Positions 38,052-46,177 of a DNA stretch of 62,420 bases are shown in pieces. The position numbers were made by a program, and so were the translations under genes. How positions within the stretch are numbered: position 1 is the first letter of the stretch; every line of letters begins with the position of its first letter. Source of the stretch: a virus (lineage: Duplodnaviria; Caudoviricetes); the IMG/VR virus record IMGVR_UViG_3300033997_000134, positions 1 to 62,420 of that record; one strand, written 5' to 3'. The notes under the pieces are model-generated. The model was not told where the DNA came from, did not search any database, and saw nothing but the letters and a program-made list of their open reading frames with translations.

Positions 38052-38060
38052 TGATAGAGT
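38032..38060 (+). promoter_or_regulatory. Candidate sigma70 promoter for the antisense moron
   Basis: TTCCCA-17 nt-TAGAGT with a TG extension. Confidence 0.5.
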
Positions 38061-38076
38061 TTCCGCAGGAGGAAAC

Positions 38077-38511
38077 ATGACAACTCACGCACCATCCACT
38101 GCAGACGGCTGGTTTAGATCATTCATCAGCGGTCATATACCGCTGGTCAAAACCTTTTGGCTTTATGGCGTTGTATTTGGGATGGCCATGCAATTCATGC
38201 TGGATGCATCCCCTGCCAAGCTCAAGAGCCCAATTGCGATATTGATGCTCGGTTACATGCTCGTCTGGTCAGTCGCCACATGGAAATCCGCAAAGAACTA
38301 CAGCGGTCCTGCTGTGTGGCGCGGCCTTGCGTATATTGCAGTGCTCATGCCTGTTATTGGTGTTGGTTTGTCTGTGGCAGTTGTTGCTTCTTCCCCAGAA
38401 AAAAAGGTGCAACCCGTTCAGGCTGTACCTTCCATGCAGTTTGATCCATCGACTGCACGGCCTGTGGATAAATCAGTTTTTGATCCATCCACAGCGCGCA
38501 TCGCTGAATAA
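38077..38511 (+). CDS. Antisense moron: 3-TM membrane protein with a tandem FDPSTAR tail
   Basis: AGGAGG RBS; three hydrophobic segments; C-terminus QFDPSTARPVDKSVFDPSTARIAE. Confidence 0.85.
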   Translation: MTTHAPSTADGWFRSFISGHIPLVKTFWLYGVVFGMAMQFMLDASPAKLKSPIAILMLGYMLVWSVATWKSAKNYSGPAVWRGLAYIAVLMPVIGVGLSVAVVASSPEKKVQPVQAVPSMQFDPSTARPVDKSVFDPSTARIAE

Positions 38512-38513
38512 GG

Positions 38514-40907
38514 TCAAAGCTGCTTCCATGCACCGTTGACGTAAACCGCCTTGTTTCCGTTGGCGTCGGTGTAAACCTTTCCAGGCTCTGGATTGCTTGC
38601 TGCACCGGCGCCTGGCTTTTGCTCCCCACCCAGATCCACATACTGCCCAGTCTGGGTATCAAACACGCGCTGCGGCTGGTTGACCAGTGCACCGGCTTTC
38701 TGCTCCCACACCTGCCCGCCACCGACTGACATAAAGCGGTTCTTGTTGTCGTCCTTGCCTTGGTAGGTTCGGATTTGCTTGGCAATTGCAGCGCGCTCCT
38801 GGTCAGTCTTGGCAGCGTCGTACTGCTGATACAGCCCTTCGATGCGCTGTGCCTGGCGTGTCTGGAAGCCCTGCGCGGTTTCCTCCATGCCCAGCTTGCG
38901 CGATTCCAGCCCTGCACGGCGGCTGTCGCGGCGGTCAGCCCCGGCCTCCTGCATGACAGCGCGCTGGGTGGCTCCATCCTGGTTCATTTGCTCACGCATC
39001 AGGTTGGCGTTAAAGCCCATGACCTTGGTGTCCACATCGGTCTGCATCCCCTGCGCCTGCAAGTCAGCCTTCACTGCTGCCTCATAGGCCTGCACCGCAG
39101 GATTGCGGCTGGCACCTTTTCCACCCCAGCGCTCAGTATTGGTGATGGAGCTTGCGGCGGTGGCCATGTTCTCCAGGCGCTTGCGGGCTGCAAAGTCATT
39201 GCCGCTATGGGCTACCGTAGGCGCGCGAAACCCTGCGGCCATGTTCTGGGTCGATGGTTGCCCCCATCCGTTCAGGCGCTGGTCATAAGCCGGGTTATAG
39301 CCAATGCGCTCGCCAACCAAGCCTGCCGCCTGGACGGCCTGCACATTCATACCAACAGGGCTTCGCGCTTGAGGTGCGGATGCAGGCTGCCCTGTTGTGG
39401 TGGCTGCACCATACATGCGCGCCTGATTTGCACTCAACTCTTTAGCGTATGCGGTTGCATCTTGCGGGTTTGAAAACACGCCAAGGTGCTTTCCGGACGC
39501 CTTGAACTGCTGTACCGCTTCTTCTTCGGACATGATGCGGCCATCATCACTAACGGTTGGGATCAGATATTCCTTGCCGTCGAAGTTAACGCTTGTGGAT
39601 CGCACGGTACTGATAGAGCCATCAGCGTTTTTGACTACAGGGCGTTTTGTGAGGTCAATATTTCCGCCTTCCAAGAGTCCTGCAATCGCTGGTGTCTTGG
39701 CAGCTGCTGCTGATGGTTGGTTGTTGATGCCCTGCGCTTTTTGTGCATACGCAGCCATAGGACTGTTTGCTTGCGCCACGGCGGCAGCGCGCTGTTGGTC
39801 TGCTTCACTAGGGCGGCCTGTGAATCCCGACGGAAACCCCATGCCATCGGCACTGTCACTGTATTGCCCACGTCCATGCTGGTACACACCGGCAGGCAGT
39901 TGTGTGGGGTTGGCAGCGGTGGTGCTGGCTGGCACGGGCCCAGCGGATTGCTGGCTGGTCGCAGCGGGCTTGACCGCGGCTGCTGCAGGCGCGGCAGTCG
40001 TATTGGCTGCAGGCGTTTGCTGGGCAGGCGCGCTGGCCGTTGCTGGCTTGGCTGTGCTGGCTGCTGGTGCTGCAGGTGGCGGCACTGGGGCTGCTTGCGC
40101 TGGGGTGCCCATCAGTCCATTCAGCATGCGGCCACCGCCATCCCAGAAACCACGGGCAGCGGCGCCTACGGTGTTGTCCAGCGCCTCCACAGCGCCAATT
40201 CCTATGGCCCCGGCTCCCGTGCGCAATGCGGCACCGGCTGCCCCGGCCAGATCACCCTGATCCCAGCGCTTGCCTGCATCTGCCGATGCCTCGCTCACAA
40301 ACAAGGCGGTGGGACTGACAGGCGCTGGCTTTGCAGGCGCGCTGGGTTTGGATGCTGCACCTGGTGTGAATCCGACTGCTGCAGGTGCCTGCACCGGCTG
40401 CTGGGCAGTCTCTGCGGCGGGCGGTGCTGCTGGCTTTTGTGCTGGCGCAGCAGTGGTGGCAGTGCTGACTGCTGGCGCAGCGGGCACTTGCGGTGCTGCC
40501 GGTGTTTCATTGATGCTGTTGTCTGGCGCGAACGTGGTGTTTTCGCGGCGCTGCATGCTCTGCGGCACCTGCACCAGTCGGCGGTTTTCTTCGTCGGGCA
40601 CAGCACCGCCATTGGCAAAGAATAGCTGCGGCTCAAAACCTTGCGGCACGCTGGCAGTCTCTGGTGCGGGCATGTGGGTTGCCTGCACCACTCCATCCAG
40701 CGCCTGTGGGCCACCCACGGCATCCACCGTGTCAGCGGGCAGCACGTATTCACCGGGCTTGACCATGGCAGGCACCGAATCGGGCTGCTGGTTCATGGCC
40801 TGCGCTTGCGCGCCGGGTGCTTTTTTAGGCGCAATTTGAGGTGCTGGCTTGTTGGCACTGCCCTGCATGCTCTCTTTTTTGCGGTGTTGCGGCGTAAATC
40901 CTTGCAT
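38514..40907 (-). CDS. Putative ejection (internal virion) protein
   Basis: 797 aa, Ala/Pro/Gln-rich; DSVPAMVKPGEYVL; C-terminal GKVYTDANGNKAVYVNGAW. Confidence 0.75.
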   Translation of the reverse strand: MQGFTPQHRKKESMQGSANKPAPQIAPKKAPGAQAQAMNQQPDSVPAMVKPGEYVLPADTVDAVGGPQALDGVVQATHMPAPETASVPQGFEPQLFFANGGAVPDEENRRLVQVPQSMQRRENTTFAPDNSINETPAAPQVPAAPAVSTATTAAPAQKPAAPPAAETAQQPVQAPAAVGFTPGAASKPSAPAKPAPVSPTALFVSEASADAGKRWDQGDLAGAAGAALRTGAGAIGIGAVEALDNTVGAAARGFWDGGGRMLNGLMGTPAQAAPVPPPAAPAASTAKPATASAPAQQTPAANTTAAPAAAAVKPAATSQQSAGPVPASTTAANPTQLPAGVYQHGRGQYSDSADGMGFPSGFTGRPSEADQQRAAAVAQANSPMAAYAQKAQGINNQPSAAAAKTPAIAGLLEGGNIDLTKRPVVKNADGSISTVRSTSVNFDGKEYLIPTVSDDGRIMSEEEAVQQFKASGKHLGVFSNPQDATAYAKELSANQARMYGAATTTGQPASAPQARSPVGMNVQAVQAAGLVGERIGYNPAYDQRLNGWGQPSTQNMAAGFRAPTVAHSGNDFAARKRLENMATAASSITNTERWGGKGASRNPAVQAYEAAVKADLQAQGMQTDVDTKVMGFNANLMREQMNQDGATQRAVMQEAGADRRDSRRAGLESRKLGMEETAQGFQTRQAQRIEGLYQQYDAAKTDQERAAIAKQIRTYQGKDDNKNRFMSVGGGQVWEQKAGALVNQPQRVFDTQTGQYVDLGGEQKPGAGAASNPEPGKVYTDANGNKAVYVNGAWKQL

Positions 40908-40916
40908 GGTCGCCCC

Positions 40917-41585
40917 TTAGATATAGGAAACATTGACCGGCTCGTCCTCGCGCGTTTCGCGGCGCAGGTCGGCATCGGGTCGCAGGCCAAAGTAATCGGT
41001 GAACTGGCCCAGGGCCGTCGCGGCGCGCTGGGGATCAAAGCCATCGGCATCTGGCCGGGAAAACGCGCGGTGCAGCGCCCAATACACCAGCTTTTCATGG
41101 TGCGCGGCGTGGATCTCCGGGCAGTCCGTGTCGCCGCACATGGCGCGCAGCGGCAGCCGGTAGCCCTCAAGGCGCAGCTTTCCCTGTGCTGCTGGTGGGG
41201 TAGCCAGTCGCAAACCGGTATCGGTCTGCGCGGCATACGGCAGCACGTACTTGTGATCCGTGCGCCAGTGTGGGTGGTGCTGGTTGAGCCATTCCACCGA
41301 CTTGATTTCCAGCTGCATGGGGTGCTGGCCGTCCTCGATGCGCATCAGGTGCGTGATTTCATACAGCGATTCGTGCAGGCGGTAGGCCGACTTGCCGGGC
41401 ACCAGGTCAATCACGCACACGCGCTCGTTGTCGCACTCATGCAGCAGGCGGGCGCGGATGGCAGCTTCGTGCTCGGCCTCGTTGAGTGCTTCCTTGACAA
41501 ATTCAGGGCTGAAAATGTACGGCTCCACATCGTCTTTGGCATCGACCCGGAACCGCTCCACCAGCTGCTTGAGGGTTTGCTTCAT
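40917..41585 (-). CDS. Head-tail adaptor-like protein
   Basis: ALNEAEHEAAIR...PEIHAAHHEKLVYWALHRAF; position after the head genes. Confidence 0.7.
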   Translation of the reverse strand: MKQTLKQLVERFRVDAKDDVEPYIFSPEFVKEALNEAEHEAAIRARLLHECDNERVCVIDLVPGKSAYRLHESLYEITHLMRIEDGQHPMQLEIKSVEWLNQHHPHWRTDHKYVLPYAAQTDTGLRLATPPAAQGKLRLEGYRLPLRAMCGDTDCPEIHAAHHEKLVYWALHRAFSRPDADGFDPQRAATALGQFTDYFGLRPDADLRRETREDEPVNVSYI

Positions 41586-41586
41586 A

Positions 41587-42075
41587 TCAACGCACCCCGA
41601 ACTGCTCAACCAAGCCCGCTACTTCTTCACGGATGGACTGCAGGCCGCGCGTCTTGTTGATGTTGACTTCGTACTTGGCTGCGTAGTCCTTGAGCTGGTC
41701 TTTGTCCCAAGTGCTGATACTCAAGAGCATGCCCTCTTTGATGCTGTGCTCCTGCTGCGCGGCCTGTTTCTGCGCCTCGATGGCAGCCAGTGCAGCGGCG
41801 CGCTGGGCTTCTTCTTCGGCCTGCGCGGTGCTTTGCTGCTCGTCTGCTGGCGTGCTGGTGGCGCTGGTTTCAGCGGTATCGCCTTGCTTGGTGGCCTGCG
41901 CCTTATTGGCGGGCTTGGCCACTACCGCGGTGAATTCGGCGTATTTCAGCAGCTGACGCGCGGCCATGTGGCTGACAAGGCGCTCGTCACCGGGCTGCCA
42001 CACATGAAAAGAGCCATGGCGGCGCATGTCGTTGAAGGGCTTGCGGCCTGTGTAGGCCAGTTTGATCAGATCCAT
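41587..42075 (-). CDS. Hypothetical head-region protein
   Basis: 162 aa with RBS. Confidence 0.7.
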   Translation of the reverse strand: MDLIKLAYTGRKPFNDMRRHGSFHVWQPGDERLVSHMAARQLLKYAEFTAVVAKPANKAQATKQGDTAETSATSTPADEQQSTAQAEEEAQRAAALAAIEAQKQAAQQEHSIKEGMLLSISTWDKDQLKDYAAKYEVNINKTRGLQSIREEVAGLVEQFGVR

Positions 42076-42152
42076 GTTTATCCCCTGTGTATTGCAAAAA
42101 AGGGCAAGCCTGCTTGGCAAGCCTGCCCTTTGCGGGTGATGGCGCGAAGGGC

Positions 42153-42617
42153 TTAACCCTCCATCAAGCCCTCAATGAGCACTTCCACGCGGCCCGACTT
42201 GGCGTTGTTGGCGCCATTGAGCTTGAGCACCAGCAGCGCGTCCTTGGGCAAACGCACGCTGGGGTTGGTGGTGGAGTTGCGCAGCTTGGCGGCGGCACTG
42301 GTCACCAAGCCAGCGCCAAAGTAGTCGGCATCCTGGGGCACTGCCGTATGGTCTTGGCCATCGGTGTACTTGAAGCCCAGATCCACGGTGGTGGCTGCAG
42401 TCAGCGCAGTGGTCACGGTCACGGTGCTGTCCGTGATGCGAAAGCCCTCGGGCAGCTCGCCCAGTGCGATTTCGTCACCGATATTGAAAGCGGCCAGTTT
42501 GTCAGCGCCCAGCACCTTGCCGGTTGCGTCGGTGGAAAGCACGAACAACAGCTTCATGGTGTTGCCGTACACGGTATTGCCCACACGGTTGTGGGGATTG
42601 GTTTTGAGGACTCGCAT
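42153..42617 (-). CDS. Putative capsid decoration protein
   Basis: 154 aa, beta-rich, directly after the major capsid gene. Confidence 0.65.
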   Translation of the reverse strand: MRVLKTNPHNRVGNTVYGNTMKLLFVLSTDATGKVLGADKLAAFNIGDEIALGELPEGFRITDSTVTVTTALTAATTVDLGFKYTDGQDHTAVPQDADYFGAGLVTSAAAKLRNSTTNPSVRLPKDALLVLKLNGANNAKSGRVEVLIEGLMEG

Positions 42618-42685
42618 AGCGCTCTCCTAATTGGTTTGGTGTGCGGTTGCTAACCCCGAAGGGTTAGCGTTCAGCGCGTGCCGGG

Positions 42686-43987
42686 TTAAGCCAACTCACT
42701 GGCCATCAGTGGCACAGCGGTGTCGATGGCGATCACGCCGTGGTCGGTGAAGTGCGCCACACCGTTGCCCTGCTCGATCTTCCAGCGCACCTTGGCCATG
42801 CCTTGGATAGCGCCAATCAGCAGCTCCGTCTTGTCGCCGTGGTCGAACTCCAGCTCCGACCAGAAGAAGGGCATACCGCCTTGCTTGTCAGGTGCAGCAG
42901 CGAAGGCTTGCGCCAGTGCTTGGCCACCCAGCAGCAAAGCGCGATCCACCGCGTGGGTAGTGCCAAAGCTGGCAGGTACGATCACGCTGCTTTCGGCCTC
43001 GCTGGTGTGCGATGCGCAGTAGCGAATCTCGTTGCCTGCGTAAAAGCGGATGGGCTTGGGCATCTTCATCAGCAAGATGCCATTCCACAAACCGACTTCA
43101 CCCAGGAACAAGGGGTGGTTCTTCGCACGGGAAGCACGCGCCGTGGCACTGGCCTGGAACTGGCGGAAGTTGGGGTCTTGCGCGAAGTGGTGGTACTGCG
43201 CGGGAGACACCAGCATGCAGCGCAGTGGCGAATCGTCGGCCATGATGTCGCCGGGGATCTTCACGGCAGGCGGTGGCAGCGCGATGGATTCAATCACCGT
43301 GCGCACCGAATCCACCACATCCATGGAGAGGGTGTCGGTGGTAGCCAGGTCGATTTCTCCAGCAGAGGCTGTGAATGGCTTGATGGCGTCACCGTCCGCG
43401 ATGTAGTGGCGGTTTTTGGTGGGAGCCTTCACGGGATTGATTAGGATTTCCTCAAACCCGGCGTGCTCAGGGGTTGGAATACGCCATTCGAAGTTGTTGT
43501 GGAAACCGCGTGCACCGGCCATGTGTACCAGCGTGGATTGATCCTGGTAGGAATCCATCAGCGACTGCGCCACGGGGCGGCCCAGCTTGCGGAATTCCAC
43601 GGGGGAGCGCACCTTGCTCATGGTGTCGCCCAAGTCCACGGGGAAGCGGGCTTGATCCACACGCAGGCGGTACTTGTCCAGCGACATGCCGGTACCCTTG
43701 CCCTCGGCCTTTTGGCGGCCCATGATGGGGTAAGCACCTACAGGCTGCAGGAAGTGGAATTCCACCTCGTCGCCCGTGCCTTTACCCAGGTCGCGCGCCT
43801 TGACGATGGGCATGTCTGCCGAAGTCTGGCTGCGCACATTGGCTGCGGCACCAGCTTCACCCGTGGGGAATGGTGCGCTCATGCGGTTGAGCGTCGAGTT
43901 GCGTTGCATCGACTGGGCAAACAGCCCTGCCGCTTGCACATGCATGGCATTAGGGCTGCCAGCTGCCACAGAAGTCTTACCGGACAT
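42686..43987 (-). CDS. Major capsid protein (N4-gp56/DUF4043-like)
   Basis: DLGKGTGDEVEF...RVDQARFPV...NHPLFLGEVGLWNGIL...DHGVIAIDT. Confidence 0.88.
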   Translation of the reverse strand: MSGKTSVAAGSPNAMHVQAAGLFAQSMQRNSTLNRMSAPFPTGEAGAAANVRSQTSADMPIVKARDLGKGTGDEVEFHFLQPVGAYPIMGRQKAEGKGTGMSLDKYRLRVDQARFPVDLGDTMSKVRSPVEFRKLGRPVAQSLMDSYQDQSTLVHMAGARGFHNNFEWRIPTPEHAGFEEILINPVKAPTKNRHYIADGDAIKPFTASAGEIDLATTDTLSMDVVDSVRTVIESIALPPPAVKIPGDIMADDSPLRCMLVSPAQYHHFAQDPNFRQFQASATARASRAKNHPLFLGEVGLWNGILLMKMPKPIRFYAGNEIRYCASHTSEAESSVIVPASFGTTHAVDRALLLGGQALAQAFAAAPDKQGGMPFFWSELEFDHGDKTELLIGAIQGMAKVRWKIEQGNGVAHFTDHGVIAIDTAVPLMASELA

Positions 43988-44041
43988 GATTTGTCCTCCT
44001 GCTATGGGATTGATAGCGCCGCGTCACGCGGGGCTATGGGG

Positions 44042-45025
44042 TTAAATCACTTTGTTCATCAGTCGCTCGATTTCCTCGGGCGACTTACCTTCAAACAGGC
44101 CCATCAGCGCGCCGGGGTCGCCCAAGGCGCCGTTCAGCTGCTCTGCACCGCTCTTGGCCACCAAAGCACCAGGCACATCCGTCAAGGTGTTGGGGGGAGA
44201 GGCCTTCGCCTGATTGATCAAAGCGGTCACACTGGGATTGCCTCCCGGTGCGGTTGCTTGCTTGAAGGTGCTGAACACCTCCACGATTTGCTCGGTACTG
44301 CCCTTGGCCATGGTCTGCTCGGTGGCAGCGCGCATGAACGCGGGCAGGCTTTCAAGCCACTGGTTCCATTGACTGGATTCCACGATCTCGTCCGCATCAG
44401 GGTGAGCTTGGTAGATGGCCTTGTAGTGAGCCTCTTGGGCCGACTGCTTTTCCTTCTTGCTCTCCTGCTCGCGGATGGGCGCCAGCTGCTGCTGCACCTG
44501 CATAGCCACCATCTGCGCGAGGCCTTTGGCAATGGCCTGCTCGGAGAAGTCCCCAAACAGTTCCATGTCCACGCCACCGGCCATAGCGGCTTGCGCCACG
44601 GCCAAGTTCGCGTCTGCCTGCGTTGCGCCTTCACCGGACTCGGCGCGCGCGCTGGCGGCTTGCTGGGCCTGCTGCAGATTGGCCTGCTGCTGTGCTGTCA
44701 GTTGCTGGATTTGTTGCTCCAGCTCGGCATTGCGCTGCTTGTACGTGTCACGCTCGGTACGGGCTTCGACCAGCTTCTCGTAGGGAATCTGGTAAGAACC
44801 GGACTTGCTGGCAATGGGCGCGGGCTGCTCAGTCTCGGGCTGGGTGCCGTTGTCATTACCAGCTGGCGCGCCTGCATCGGCTGGCGCTGGATCGTTGTTT
44901 TCCGTTGCTGCAGTGGTGGTGGCAGTGACCGTTGTTTCTGTCTGGCGCTCCGCACCTGAATCCAGATCAAGGGTGCCGCTCATTGCAGCGTCCAGCAAAG
45001 CGCTGGCATCAAAGGTTCCTGGCAT
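44042..45025 (-). CDS. Putative scaffolding protein
   Basis: IPYEKLVEAR coiled coil, AHPDADEI; upstream of the major capsid gene. Confidence 0.75.
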   Translation of the reverse strand: MPGTFDASALLDAAMSGTLDLDSGAERQTETTVTATTTAATENNDPAPADAGAPAGNDNGTQPETEQPAPIASKSGSYQIPYEKLVEARTERDTYKQRNAELEQQIQQLTAQQQANLQQAQQAASARAESGEGATQADANLAVAQAAMAGGVDMELFGDFSEQAIAKGLAQMVAMQVQQQLAPIREQESKKEKQSAQEAHYKAIYQAHPDADEIVESSQWNQWLESLPAFMRAATEQTMAKGSTEQIVEVFSTFKQATAPGGNPSVTALINQAKASPPNTLTDVPGALVAKSGAEQLNGALGDPGALMGLFEGKSPEEIERLMNKVI

Positions 45026-45192
45026 GCGTCTAACCCCAGCTATCCGGCTGGGCCTATGTGTGCATGCAGTCGTTAGGAGAAGTGGGGCAAGGCCTCCGGC
45101 CCTACCCCTCTGCTCTTTTTCCGTCTGCGGGAAATGCCGACTCATCACGAGTGGGCGGTTCGTTGCTGGCTTGCGCTGGCAACTTGAGAGCA

Positions 45193-45234
45193 AGTTTCTG
45201 GCGTTGTGTCAAGAACCCCAAAACCTAGCCGGGG
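45193..45234 (-). promoter_or_regulatory. Late promoter motif copy (scaffold/capsid)
   Basis: CCCCGGCTAGG-25 nt-GAAACT; terminator at 45243-45266 just upstream. Confidence 0.8.
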
Positions 45235-45288
45235 TGGGCAACAAAAAACCGCCTCGGTGGGCGGTTCCTTGTGTGGCGCGGCGCTGCT

Positions 45289-46089
45289 CTATTGTTTGGC
45301 GAGGCGGTCATGGAAGATTTGTATACGCTGCTCTAGCACTGAGGCATACGCACCCATATTAAGTAACTGAGCGCGCATTAGTTCTTTGTCTATTTCTGGC
45401 AAGTCATTGAACTGCGGATTGGTATCAATGAATGCCTTGAGCTTGCGCAGGCGGTCATCCAGTTCATCTTTTTCATCCACCACGCGCTCTTGGTGTGGCT
45501 CTAAACGCCACAGTCGTTTGTGCTTTCCTGGTTCATTTACTGAACCGAACCGCTGTGGTGGACAGTTGCTGCAAGCCTCATTACCTGTGCACGTGCATGC
45601 CTGCATCGCTGCAAAGGCCTGATTGATCGAGGCGCTCGTCCGGGCAGATTCATCCAGTGCGGCCTTGGCATATTCCAGACTGCCAACACCCAGCAGCTGG
45701 TCAATCGCGGCGCGCGCCAGCTTGCCTGCTTGCTTATTGCCGTTCAGCACTGCAGCAACAACCACATGCTGCATGGCCTTCAGCTCCAGGTTTTGCCGGT
45801 GCGCCTGCAGGCTGTTCGCAAGGCATCCGTTCGCATGGCTTGCAGCCAATGAGTTGCATGAGTTGCTGCCCGTCCCTAGCTCTATCGACACATCGACCTT
45901 GACGGCATGAAACACAAGCAGCACCAGGAATGCCAGCACTACCCCTTGGGCCGTCAGCTTGACGGCTGGCCAATATGGCCACGCTGCAATGCTGGGTGTG
46001 GTTTGCGCAGCCACAAGGCAAGCGAATAGAACAAATGCAGCCAGCACCAGCAGCCACGGCCCTTTGGGGGATAGAAATGCGGATTTCAA
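45289..46089 (-). CDS. Membrane protein with a C-terminal crAss001_48-like helical domain
   Basis: AGGAG plus TTG start; 2 TM; PHQERVVDEKDELDDRLRKLKAFI...QLLNMGAYASVLEQRI. Confidence 0.65.
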   Translation of the reverse strand: MKSAFLSPKGPWLLVLAAFVLFACLVAAQTTPSIAAWPYWPAVKLTAQGVVLAFLVLLVFHAVKVDVSIELGTGSNSCNSLAASHANGCLANSLQAHRQNLELKAMQHVVVAAVLNGNKQAGKLARAAIDQLLGVGSLEYAKAALDESARTSASINQAFAAMQACTCTGNEACSNCPPQRFGSVNEPGKHKRLWRLEPHQERVVDEKDELDDRLRKLKAFIDTNPQFNDLPEIDKELMRAQLLNMGAYASVLEQRIQIFHDRLAKQ

Positions 46090-46133
46090 TTGCTTCTCCT
46101 GAATAAAAAAGGCTCCCGGAAGTGGGAGCCTTG

Positions 46134-46175
46134 ATTGCAAGGGAAGGCGCGCAATGTGCCTCAACCTAGCCGGGG
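46134..46175 (-). promoter_or_regulatory. Late promoter motif copy
   Basis: CCCCGGCTAGG-25 nt-TGCAAT, followed by a terminator hairpin at 46105-46132. Confidence 0.65.
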
Positions 46176-46177
46176 TG

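Noticed and set aside
38004-38078. Extended N-termini from the ORF track for the giant protein and the moron (likewise terS and the GT)
   Set aside because: The extensions span promoter motifs; the downstream ATGs fit the RBS or leaderless spacing better.
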